Shown: positions 29,155-38,071 of the stretch, in pieces
Layout: every line of letters begins with the position of its first letter
Numbering within the stretch: the stretch's first letter is position 1
Assembly: GCA_050633305.1 (NCBI GenBank)
Contig: JBOEGF010000002.1
Location: forward strand, 185,624 to 249,623
Reading direction: 5' to 3'
DNA: 64,000 bases
From: Nannocystales bacterium
GTDB lineage: Bacteria > Myxococcota_A > Polyangia > Nannocystales > Nannocystaceae
Notes under the pieces: generated by a model
What the model saw: the letters and a program-made list of their open reading frames with translations, nothing else
Databases searched by the model: none
Told to the model about the DNA's origin: nothing
Translations under genes and position numbers: made by a program

Positions 29155-30054
29155 CTACGGCGTTTGAGCGAAGGCGGCCAACGCCGCGCGGGCGACGACT
29201 TCACCATCCTCCTGGACGAAGTGCCCGGCCTGCGGAAGCTCCATCGGCTCGGGGCATCGCGCGATCTTCGAGTGTAGCCAGCGCATGGCTGGCGGCCCCA
29301 ACACAGGGTCTTGCATGCCGATCGCCATGAAGCTCTCGCCTTTCCAGCGCTCCGAGAAAAACTCGACGGCCTGCCGCGATCGTGCGGCACCGTCCATGTC
29401 GGGCGTGATCGGAACGAGCGCGGGAAACCGACGGACGCCTGCCTTGCTTCGCGGCCCATCGAACGGCGCATCGTAGGCCGCGACCTCGTCGTCACTGAGT
29501 CCCGGCGCCGCCCGTTTCATCAAGGCGCCCACATCGAAGTCGGGTGTCGATGCGACGAAGTCCCGCCACTCCATGAAGCCCGGCCCTGGCTCGGCTCCCA
29601 CCGCGAGCGCCGTGTTCATCACGATCAACCGGTTGAATCGGTCGGGCATTTCCATCGGAATCGTCAAACCCAGAAGGCCACCCCAGTCCTGGCAAACCAG
29701 CGTGACGCGGCGCAGGTTCAGTCGCTCGATCGCTTGCAGGAGCGTGTCGCGGTGGAAGTCGAAGGTGTAGACGGAGTCATCGACGGGCTTGTCGGAGCGC
29801 CCAAACCCGAAGAAGTCCGGCGCCACGACACGCGCACCGGTCTCCAGGAACACGGGCAACATCTTTCGATACAGGTACGACCAGCTCGGCTCGCCATGCA
29901 GACACAGAAACGTGTGCTCCGCGTCGGTCGGGCCCTCGTCGAGGTAGTGCAGGCGTAGGGTCGGCGCAACGGCAAGCCCCTCCAAGTAGTTGGGCTCCCA
30001 CGCAAACCCCGGAAGGTCTGAGAAGCGCTCATCGGGGGTTCGAAATGCGTCCAC
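29155..30054 (-). CDS. Haloalkane dehalogenase (subfamily I, DhlA/DppA-like)
   Basis: RTPDERF, LCLHGEPSWSYLYRKM, nucleophile elbow CQDWGG, GMQDPVLG and AGHFVQE. From memory it is very close to Plesiocystis pacifica DppA. Confidence 0.93.
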   Translation of the reverse strand: MDAFRTPDERFSDLPGFAWEPNYLEGLAVAPTLRLHYLDEGPTDAEHTFLCLHGEPSWSYLYRKMLPVFLETGARVVAPDFFGFGRSDKPVDDSVYTFDFHRDTLLQAIERLNLRRVTLVCQDWGGLLGLTIPMEMPDRFNRLIVMNTALAVGAEPGPGFMEWRDFVASTPDFDVGALMKRAAPGLSDDEVAAYDAPFDGPRSKAGVRRFPALVPITPDMDGAARSRQAVEFFSERWKGESFMAIGMQDPVLGPPAMRWLHSKIARCPEPMELPQAGHFVQEDGEVVARAALAAFAQTP

Positions 30055-30165
30055 GGTGCATGCTACGCCGCTTCCTGGGACCGCGCGCGGCACATTGTCG
30101 CAGTCGGCGAACGACCCCGGTCGACCGGTCAGTTCCGCGTCGTCACCCGGCTAAGCTTCCCCGCG

Positions 30166-30999
30166 ATGGTCAAGATGAACGAAGAGCCCGAGACCTACTG
30201 GCGCGAACATGCCGGGCCGAAATGGGTCCGAGCACGGCACGCCGTGGACTACATCGTGTCCCCGATCACCGATCATCTCCTCGCTGTCGCCGATGCGAAG
30301 GAGGGCGAACGTGTCATCGACATCGGCTGCGGATGCGGAACGACAACCCTCGCGTTCGCCAAACAGGTCGGGCCCAGTGGCCACGTGCTCGGCGTGGACG
30401 TCTCGGACCCCATGCTCGAGGTGACCCGCAGCGCGGCCGCCGAGATCCCCCAGCTGGATGTCGCGCTTGCCGACGCTGGCAGCCACAGCTTCAGTCCCGA
30501 GGCCAACCTCCTGGCTTCGCGCTTCGGCGTGATGTTCTTCCCCGACCCGCCCGCCGCCTTCGCAAACATGCGATCGGCACTCGCACCCGGCGGACGTACG
30601 GCCCTCATCTGTTGGCAACCGATCGAACGTAACCCGTGGATCAGCCACATCATGCGGGCCTTCCCCGAAGCCGCACCCGCGATGCCAGACCCCGACGCGG
30701 GGCCGGGTCCATTCAGCCTCTCCGATCCCGAGCGCACCCGCGACCTCTTGACCACCGCGGGCTTCAAGGCGGTCGCCGTCGAGTCCTTCGAAACCACGGT
30801 CTCGTTGGGAGAGACCGCAGAGAAGGCGTTGGAAGCCATGACCGAGGTCGGTGGGTTCTCGCGCATGCTCGCCGAAGCCGAGAACGACGAGCATCGCGTG
30901 CGACTCAACGAACGAGCCCGCGCATTTCTCGACGACGAGTATCAAGGGGGTGCGCCGCAGCTAGACGCCGCGGTTTGGGTACTGCGGGCACGCACATAG
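30166..30999 (+). CDS. Class I SAM-dependent methyltransferase
   Basis: VIDIGCGCG, GVDVS..ML, SRFGVMFF.DP..AF.N and GPGPFSL.D. Confidence 0.92.
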   Translation: MVKMNEEPETYWREHAGPKWVRARHAVDYIVSPITDHLLAVADAKEGERVIDIGCGCGTTTLAFAKQVGPSGHVLGVDVSDPMLEVTRSAAAEIPQLDVALADAGSHSFSPEANLLASRFGVMFFPDPPAAFANMRSALAPGGRTALICWQPIERNPWISHIMRAFPEAAPAMPDPDAGPGPFSLSDPERTRDLLTTAGFKAVAVESFETTVSLGETAEKALEAMTEVGGFSRMLAEAENDEHRVRLNERARAFLDDEYQGGAPQLDAAVWVLRART

Positions 31000-31181
31000 G
31001 ACCCCAATCCCACACTCACACCATTGGACCTGCGGTCGCGGGTTCGACCGCACCCGGATCGGCGCTCGACCCGTCCGGTGCCCAGAGCGTAGACAAGCTC
31101 GCCCATTGATCGCCCGTATGTGTCGATCGGCCCCCCGATTGCCGCGCCCGGTCCCCATTGCTGCCCTACCCTGAAGTGGTG

Positions 31182-32189
31182 ATGGGATCGGTATTGCGCG
31201 CATCGGCGCTCGCGGCATGTGTCGCGGGACTGAGTTCGTGCAGCATCGCGCATGCTGAGGAACCCGTGGAGCTCTCGGAGCTCGAGGTCGCGGACCCCCC
31301 CATGATGCATGCCATGGGTGCGACGATTCCCTCGGCAACACGCCCGCACCTGAACCTGGACGCGGTCTGGTGGACCGTCCCTCGCAACGAATCGTTGAAG
31401 CGACTCGCCGATCGCTGGGGCGCCGACGACGACGAACTGCGGAAGCTCAACCCAACGCTCTCCGACGAGAAAGCTGAGAAAGGCGAACGCCTCGTCGTCT
31501 ATCGGCTCGAGCCCGGCACGGTGTCGCGCTCGGTCGGAGCCCCAAATCGCGGCCGCATTGAGAACTCCGCTCCCTTTCCAGACGGCGAGGGCTGGAACAT
31601 GCGCGGGTACCGTCCGCGGAGCTATGCCACGCGACAGACGGTCACCCAGCTTGCGACCTCGCTGGCCCTGTGGCGCGAACGCTATCCCGACGCCAACCCC
31701 GTCAAGCTCGGGGAGTTCTCCCGCCGTGGCGGCGGACGCGTTCGACCACACAAGTCGCACCGCACAGGCCGCGATGTCGATATTGGCTACGTCATGAACG
31801 AGCCCGATGAGGGACATCGGTTCGTCACCGTCAGCGACGACAACATGGATGCAGCCGCAACCTGGGGGTTGGTGCAACAGCTGGTGGCCGGCGATGCGGT
31901 CGAATCGATCTTCATGGCGGAGTCCGTGCAGGCACAGCTGATCCCGTTTGCGGCGCTGTCCCTGACCGAGGCCCAACAACGTGCCCTCTTCTCAACGCTC
32001 GAGCCCGATGCCCGAGCCAAGAAGAAGACCACCATCCGGGCCTGGCGTGGCCACGATGACCACATGCACGTCCGCTTCGGCTGCACCGAAGCCGACTTCC
32101 AGTGCCGCGGCGCGGTCTCCCGGAAGAAGAAACGGCGCAGGAAGAAGAAGCGGCACAAGTCGAAGCGCAGGCGCAGCCGGAAACGCTAA
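31182..32189 (+). CDS. Penicillin-insensitive murein endopeptidase (MepA-like) with LysM-like domain and polybasic tail
   Basis: LysM-like WTV...ESL..LA.RWG....L.KLNP; SVGAPN.GR, S...GG...PHKSH.TGRDVD and GHDDHMHVRF.C. Confidence 0.85.
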   Translation: MGSVLRASALAACVAGLSSCSIAHAEEPVELSELEVADPPMMHAMGATIPSATRPHLNLDAVWWTVPRNESLKRLADRWGADDDELRKLNPTLSDEKAEKGERLVVYRLEPGTVSRSVGAPNRGRIENSAPFPDGEGWNMRGYRPRSYATRQTVTQLATSLALWRERYPDANPVKLGEFSRRGGGRVRPHKSHRTGRDVDIGYVMNEPDEGHRFVTVSDDNMDAAATWGLVQQLVAGDAVESIFMAESVQAQLIPFAALSLTEAQQRALFSTLEPDARAKKKTTIRAWRGHDDHMHVRFGCTEADFQCRGAVSRKKKRRRKKKRHKSKRRRSRKR

Positions 32190-32277
32190 GCACTACAGAC
32201 CGAAGGTCCGTCTACGCTGACTCGGAGTCGCCAGGGCCGTCGCTATCCCCCGGGCCATCATCGTCGTCCGGCGGGAG

Positions 32278-32505
32278 CTACCCAGAGTCTGAAGCTTCTT
32301 GCTCGTGGCACGTCCGCTCCCAGTACTCGCGGTCGACTTCCCAATAGGTGTCGTGAATCCGTTCGAGGTCCACGGTGTACTTGCCACCTCGATACGGCAC
32401 CGAAGGGTCGGCGAACGGCGCCGCAGAGGCGACCCCGCCAAGGAGCATGACCAACCCCGCCACGACGACTGAGCCAAGAACGCCCACACGCTTGGCGTGC
32501 AACAT
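32278..32505 (-). CDS. Small secreted hypothetical protein
   Basis: MLHAKRVGVLGSVVVAGLVMLLGGVASA signal peptide; the frame stays open for 21 acidic codons beyond the TAG. Confidence 0.5.
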   Translation of the reverse strand: MLHAKRVGVLGSVVVAGLVMLLGGVASAAPFADPSVPYRGGKYTVDLERIHDTYWEVDREYWERTCHEQEASDSG

Positions 32506-32654
32506 GTCCCTGGAGCGCCCGCGTACCCCGATCGGATCGAGCGGACAGGCAGCTTTTTTCCTGCCCGCCCTCGCGGCCCTCGACTGACGAGCTTCGCATC
32601 GGCTCCCGACCACGGCCCTACACGGCGAACTCTCTCCCGAGCCCCCTCTCCGAC

Positions 32655-33518
32655 TCAGTTCGAAGGGGGTAGCAGGCCACCAAGCGCGGTGTCCTCCAGC
32701 ATTGTGGACAAGCGCTCGGCCAGCTCCTGAGGATCGGAAAATGCATGCTTCCGATAGAGCGCCGGGTAGTCGTTGGTCAGCTTGTCGTACACGGCGCCCG
32801 CTTCGCGCGTCGCCACTTGGTCGATCGATGCCACGCGGTCCCGCTGGAACTTGAGCCGGTCTCGGTCAACGAACCCTGCGTTCATGAAGGTGCGGGTCTT
32901 TCGGGCGCAACGACACGGGTTGTCCTTGTTGATGAGCCCGCAGTGTCCATTCATGAAGTTGTGCAGATCCCCGCGCGCACGTTGCAACCGCTTGCGAAAG
33001 GTGGCGGACGGGACTTCGAGAATCTCGGACGCCATCGTGTCGGACAGCTCAAACACGGATCCGAGCACGTACGCGAGCCGCTGCTCCCGGTTGAGACACA
33101 GAAGCATCCCGGTCATGCATGCGGTCATCGCTTCCTCGACGAGGAGCTCACGTTCTGGCTCAGGGATGTCATCGAGCTCGAGGTCAGGCGCCGCATCCAG
33201 ACCGCCAGCGTACTCTTCGAACGTGGTGTGATGCTGCTCGCCGACGCTACGCTTTGCGTTGAGCAGGTGGTGAAACGCCACCCGGTACAGCCATGTACGG
33301 AACGAACTGCGCCCTTCGAAGCTCCCGATCCGCCGCAGGACTTTGATGAAGACCTCCTGCGTGGCGTCCTCGGCGGACCCCGGGTCGCCCATCATGCGCA
33401 CGGCGATGTTGTAGATCCAAGGACGGTGCCGCTCGATCACCACCGTGAGCGCGTCGCGGTCTCCCTTCTGCGCCGCAGCGACGACGGTGGGATCGTCGGC
33501 GTCAGAGAACGGATTCAA
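32655..33518 (-). CDS. ECF RNA polymerase sigma factor with Cys-rich C-terminal extension
   Basis: Region 2 AEDATQEVFIK...F.GRSSFRTWLYRVA, region 4 L..EQRLAY.L, then GHCGLINKDNPCRC. Confidence 0.92.
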   Translation of the reverse strand: MNPFSDADDPTVVAAAQKGDRDALTVVIERHRPWIYNIAVRMMGDPGSAEDATQEVFIKVLRRIGSFEGRSSFRTWLYRVAFHHLLNAKRSVGEQHHTTFEEYAGGLDAAPDLELDDIPEPERELLVEEAMTACMTGMLLCLNREQRLAYVLGSVFELSDTMASEILEVPSATFRKRLQRARGDLHNFMNGHCGLINKDNPCRCARKTRTFMNAGFVDRDRLKFQRDRVASIDQVATREAGAVYDKLTNDYPALYRKHAFSDPQELAERLSTMLEDTALGGLLPPSN

Positions 33519-33880
33519 TTGGCCTCCGAGCCCGCCAGGGCGATCCAGGGGCGAGAGTCGTAGTGGGCTCGGATGGACGCGATGCGGCCGGCGCGAACCT
33601 GGAAATACTCTGCGACCGGGCTCTTACCGATCGGCGTGGCAGTCACCAGATCAAAAACGCAACACGCCTGCTCGCCCTCCACGAACAGGTGTTTCACGTC
33701 GAACGTCTCCGTCAGGCTGGACATCTTCGATAGCATAGCGACGAAGTGGTCGGCGTTGGAACTCGTCTCTACCGGGCTCTCAAAGACGAGGTCGTCGTGG
33801 AGCATGCTGCGCACACCGTCGAAGTCTTTCTTCTCGATTCGGGAGTAGAAGGCGGTGACGATTTCTTTGGTCGTGGTCAT
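33515..33880 (-). CDS. SnoaL-like / NTF2 family protein
   Basis: IV.AFY......DF.....ML.DD.VF.SP and G.IASIR.HYD. The stop overlaps the sigma-factor TTG start (TTGA). Confidence 0.85.
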   Translation of the reverse strand: MTTTKEIVTAFYSRIEKKDFDGVRSMLHDDLVFESPVETSSNADHFVAMLSKMSSLTETFDVKHLFVEGEQACCVFDLVTATPIGKSPVAEYFQVRAGRIASIRAHYDSRPWIALAGSEAN

Positions 33881-33923
33881 GGTGTTGGTCCTGTACGCGG
33901 GCGGTCTTGCCCACTCGCCTCGG

Positions 33924-33950
33924 AGACACACCGCAGCGCCGACTGTGACC
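33924..33950 (-). promoter_or_regulatory. Putative ECF-type promoter for the SnoaL-sigma operon
   Basis: Minus strand GGTCACA-N15-TGTCT, resembling GTCACA...GTC ECF promoters, about 44 nt upstream of the SnoaL ATG. Confidence 0.5.
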
Positions 33951-34223
33951 GTTGCCGCGAACTTTTTTCCTCCGCGCGCGATTCCACAGCCAGGGCACCG
34001 GACGTAGGGCGCCCCTCAGTTCGGTGAGATCGCCAGCGAAGTGTCTGGCGCCCCCCCAGGGCGGTTCTTCGTCATCGCAGCAACGAAGCCCGGGTCGACG
34101 GCGTCCAGGTCGCGGCACGGGACAAGAAGCTGGTTCTCCCCGCTTCAGGAGCTGGCCTCTCAACAGCACAACCTACAGAGACGACCTCAGGTCGACACTC
34201 TGTTGGTAAAACTGCCGCGACTG

Positions 34224-35414
34224 ATGCGAACTCGCCGCGGATTTTTGTTGTTCTCGGTACTGCGCCTCGCGGCCGGGTGCAGCCAGGGTCCCGCGGAACG
34301 CGCGGACACGGACGCGTCCTCTTCAGAAACCACCGACGGCGTGGAGACCTCCGCGTCCGAGAACACTGCGGAGACGACGTTGGCCGAGACGGAGACCGGC
34401 GTCCCAGCCGAGCCCGTCAACCTCGACATCGACGCGTACCCATTCGACACGCTCTCCGAGTACAACTTCTTCCAAGGTCACCTCGGCGACCTCATGCCGA
34501 ACACGGGCGTCGTCGGGTACACCGTCGCCGCCCCACTGTGGGCGGATGCTGCCGAGAAGGGCCGCTTCTTCGTCATCCCCGAGGGGACTGCGATCGCCTT
34601 CACCACACAGGACGCCTGGGAGTTCCCGACCGGCTCCGTCTTCATCAAGAACTTCTACTTCGATCAAGACCGCGGGAACGCGGAGGACTTGAGAGTCGTC
34701 GAGACTCGGCTGCTCGTGCTCGAAGCAGACGACCAATGGCAAGGCTACGTCTATCTGTGGAACGGCGAGCAGACCGAGGCTGAGCGCACCAAGGGTGGCG
34801 CGGATGTCTACATCGACTTTGTGGACGAAGCCGGCGCCCCACATTCCCAGCTCTACCTCGTCCCCGACCAGAACGTGTGCGAGACCTGCCACCGCCACGA
34901 GGATCGGAAGGTGCTCCTCGGACCGACCACGCTCCAGATGAACACCGCTTGGCCGATCGGTGGCGACGAGGAGGTCAACCAGATCGACTGGCTGTTCGAC
35001 AATGGCTTCTTCCGCGGAGATGTCCCCGCCTCAGCCGACCTGCCCGCTCTTGCCAACCCCGCGTCCAACGCCCCCATCGACGCTCGCGCGCGGGCGTACC
35101 TCCACGGAAACTGCGCACACTGCCATCGCCCCGGCGGACTTGCGGGCATCACCGGCCTCCGGCTCTCGATCTGGGTCGACAACCCCGGCGAGTACGGCGT
35201 GTGCAACCGGTCTGGAGGCGCGGGATCTGGCGCGGACGGAAGCCACCACATCATCTGGCCTGGGCACCCCGAGAAGAGCGTCCTCCCCATCCGCATGGCC
35301 AGCGACGACCCCGAGCTCAAGATGCCGGAGCAACCCAACCTCCTCCCGGACGCATTCGGCGTGGGGCTTATCGAGCAATGGATCACCGAACTCGACGGAG
35401 CGCCCTGCGAGTAG
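34224..35414 (+). CDS. SO2930/HNE_0200-family diheme c-type cytochrome lipoprotein
   Basis: LAAGC lipobox; LSEYNFF.G, PLWAD.A.K.RF, FP.G.V..K.F, ETRLL, CETCH and ARAYL.GNCAHCH. Confidence 0.88.
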   Translation: MRTRRGFLLFSVLRLAAGCSQGPAERADTDASSSETTDGVETSASENTAETTLAETETGVPAEPVNLDIDAYPFDTLSEYNFFQGHLGDLMPNTGVVGYTVAAPLWADAAEKGRFFVIPEGTAIAFTTQDAWEFPTGSVFIKNFYFDQDRGNAEDLRVVETRLLVLEADDQWQGYVYLWNGEQTEAERTKGGADVYIDFVDEAGAPHSQLYLVPDQNVCETCHRHEDRKVLLGPTTLQMNTAWPIGGDEEVNQIDWLFDNGFFRGDVPASADLPALANPASNAPIDARARAYLHGNCAHCHRPGGLAGITGLRLSIWVDNPGEYGVCNRSGGAGSGADGSHHIIWPGHPEKSVLPIRMASDDPELKMPEQPNLLPDAFGVGLIEQWITELDGAPCE

Positions 35415-35469
35415 CCGATGCCCTGCGACGACAACACGACACAGGGGTCGCGCGATTCGCCGCCCTCTG

Positions 35470-36129
35470 TCAGTTCGGATCGCGCTCGAGCTGGAACGGG
35501 CACGTCTCTCCGTTGCTGAGCAGCAGCATGCGGTCGCCCTCGTCGTCGTCATCACCGACAGTCGAGACAGCGAGCTGTGCGTACCCGGGCCGTCCGAAGT
35601 CTCTGCCGAGCTGCTTGAGCGGAAAGCAAAGAAACCGGTTGCAGGTCTCACTTCGCATGGCACGAGGCAAGGCGCAGCCGAGAGCACCGTGAAAGATGCA
35701 GCTGCCCTCGCGTGCAACCTCGGGCACGTGATCCAGGTAGGACTCCAGCAGCGCGGCGTCGGTCGCAAGCCTCTGTTCCACCCTCACGCGAGAGAGGACC
35801 GAACGAGTGAGAAACGCGTGCCCCTCACCTGCCTTGCAGCATGCTCCCCGGCACGTCCCGCATACCGCGAGAATCGACGCGTCATCGAGGGGGGTCGAGG
35901 TCTGCGGAACCTTCGTCCGGTCTTTTCGCGCATAGAACTCCGCCTCGATGCTCGTCGCGAGTTCGTCCTTTCTGGCGCGGGTCACGGGCACCATCTTCAC
36001 CTCCGCCGCCGGAAGCACGACGAGCTCGACCTTCTCAGGGCCCGCAAGGCCCAGACCCTGTGCGACCTGCGTTCGGACTCGGAGACGGTCTTGCTCCTTC
36101 GCTCCCGAACGCTGGGTTTTCGAGTCCAT
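35470..36129 (-). CDS. YkgJ-like (CxxCxxCC) cysteine-cluster protein
   Basis: CGTCRGACC...SCIFHG..GC.L....RS..C..FLC. Confidence 0.72.
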   Translation of the reverse strand: MDSKTQRSGAKEQDRLRVRTQVAQGLGLAGPEKVELVVLPAAEVKMVPVTRARKDELATSIEAEFYARKDRTKVPQTSTPLDDASILAVCGTCRGACCKAGEGHAFLTRSVLSRVRVEQRLATDAALLESYLDHVPEVAREGSCIFHGALGCALPRAMRSETCNRFLCFPLKQLGRDFGRPGYAQLAVSTVGDDDDEGDRMLLLSNGETCPFQLERDPN

Positions 36130-36224
36130 TCGTCTCGAACGCTACCTCGTCCGCCTCCTCGTACATCACCCGCAGACCACCGTGCGCCGTGAGCTTCATC
36201 AGCGACCGTGTGAAGGGTCTGCCC

Positions 36225-37433
36225 TCAGTCGGCGAGGTGGTCGCGCACGTACGCGGAGAACCTCTCCCTCACCGTCGCATCGCTGGGGCCAAAGCCCCGT
36301 GCGCTGTAGGCGTGAGAGCCATACTTGTCCTTGGGTCGGGCGGCGAGATGCCGCTCCATTCCCTCGACCATCTCCTCGGAGACCGTCAACTCGAGGTGAG
36401 CGTAGATCCGCCGCACGCAGTCGATCGGGTTGGCGACCAAGTCGGCATACCGCACGTCAACCCAACCCTTCGAGCGCGCGCGCGCCAGCTCGGACGTTTC
36501 CACGAGGTGCTCGAGATGCTCGAGGTTGCTCGTGCACATTCGCTCGATGTCCAAGCCCTCGGAGACCAACGAGTGAAGCGAGAGCACCAGGCTGTTGGCG
36601 CTTGGAACCACGGACACCGGGTCTCGATGCGTCTGCACGAGAAGCGCGTTCGGGACGGCCTGCAACAGAGCTTGCACGGCGGCGGTATGAGCAGGTGCCT
36701 TCAACACCAACCGCTGGGTAGGGGTCTCGCGTTGGAACCACTGCAGGTACCAGCGGTAGAGCTCGTAGGATCCGTGCAAGTCCTGCGCTCTGAGCCACTG
36801 CAGGTAGCCGTGCACCGGCGCAAAAACCCAGAACGAAGCGCTCACGAGCGAGGGGTCCAGCAGCAGCACACACTCCTCGGGGTTGTCCGCGTCGAAATGG
36901 TGCTTGGCGTCGAGCGTTTGGTCCATCCATCTCGCTCGCGCGAGGGCCTTTGCAGTGCGGCGCCGCCGATGGTCTGGGCCGGGCCCCGCGATCGGTTCCA
37001 TCAGCTCCCACAGCCGAAGCGGTCGAGCCCCCGGGTCGCACGCGAGCAGGTGATGCAGAAACGTGGTGCCCGAGCGGGGAAGGCCCATGACAATGATCGG
37101 TGGTACCAAGTCGACCTGCTCGACTTCGGGTTGAGCCGCCCGGGTCTGCACGTACCGCAGTCGGTTCGTCAGACTGCGCACGATGTAGTCCCGAAACGCG
37201 ATTCGGCCCGCCAAGGACAGCCCGGCATCCACCTCGACCGACCGACATAGCGTCTCGAGCCCCTCGGAGAACTGCGTCTGTTCGCCGAAGTCGTGGAGGC
37301 CAGATGCCCGAACCGCTCGCTCCCGCAGCGCCGAGGCCTCGAGCGGCACGATCCGCGCTGCCGGCCTGCGACCGGCCCAGTTCAGCGCGCGGATCGGTAA
37401 CGGAAGCTTGTGAGGCGTTGGAGTCGGATTCAT
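36225..37433 (-). CDS. Sulfotransferase (Sulfotransfer_3, Stf3-like)
   Basis: PAPS-binding PIIVMGLPRSGTTFLH, LVLKAP.H, HRDP..V..S and V.Y.DL..NP. Confidence 0.92.
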   Translation of the reverse strand: MNPTPTPHKLPLPIRALNWAGRRPAARIVPLEASALRERAVRASGLHDFGEQTQFSEGLETLCRSVEVDAGLSLAGRIAFRDYIVRSLTNRLRYVQTRAAQPEVEQVDLVPPIIVMGLPRSGTTFLHHLLACDPGARPLRLWELMEPIAGPGPDHRRRRTAKALARARWMDQTLDAKHHFDADNPEECVLLLDPSLVSASFWVFAPVHGYLQWLRAQDLHGSYELYRWYLQWFQRETPTQRLVLKAPAHTAAVQALLQAVPNALLVQTHRDPVSVVPSANSLVLSLHSLVSEGLDIERMCTSNLEHLEHLVETSELARARSKGWVDVRYADLVANPIDCVRRIYAHLELTVSEEMVEGMERHLAARPKDKYGSHAYSARGFGPSDATVRERFSAYVRDHLAD

Positions 37434-37441
37434 GGGACGGC

Positions 37442-38071
37442 TCAACCAAACGGGGGCCACAGGGCGGCCGAAGCGAACACCGGGATGTTCAGGAGTTCGG
37501 CCTGCCAAGGCCGCAGGACGAGTACGCCGAACGCCAACACGGCCGCGTAGGCAAACTGAGTGCCCGCGGCTCCCGGCACGCCCGCGAACAACGAGGACAC
37601 GCCCAAGAACACGGCGGAGGCGGCGATCATCGTCCCCATCGTGATGTCGGCACGGACCCGCGAAAACGACAGCACGGCGGCTGCGATCCCCGTGCAGCCC
37701 AATGCGCCCAGCGTCGCGAGCGTACCGTCGGCTGCCAACGCGACGTCGGCCAACACGAATCGCATCCAGGACACGAGCGCGAACACGACCACCGCGGCCG
37801 ACCCAAGGGCGTTGCGCCGAAAGTAGACCACCTCGAGGTCCCGACTCGCCGCGCTACGAGTTCCATTCCTTGCGAGCAAACACTGGCCCAGCGCCTCGAG
37901 GGCAAACAAGGCCAGCAGCGGTGCCGACCCGCTGCCCCTCACCATCAACACCGCCACGGCGCAGAACACAACCGCCGAGACGTATTGAGCCTGATACGTG
38001 CGACGCTTTCCGACCTGTCCGCAGGAGCGCCGGTGCACGCTGTCGCTCAACTGCTCAATCAGCCTGCGCAC
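37442..38071 (-). CDS. Hypothetical multi-pass membrane protein
   Basis: About 6 hydrophobic segments; lies in operon order between the P450 and the sulfotransferase. Start uncertain. Confidence 0.6.
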   Translation of the reverse strand: MRRLIEQLSDSVHRRSCGQVGKRRTYQAQYVSAVVFCAVAVLMVRGSGSAPLLALFALEALGQCLLARNGTRSAASRDLEVVYFRRNALGSAAVVVFALVSWMRFVLADVALAADGTLATLGALGCTGIAAAVLSFSRVRADITMGTMIAASAVFLGVSSLFAGVPGAAGTQFAYAAVLAFGVLVLRPWQAELLNIPVFASAALWPPFG

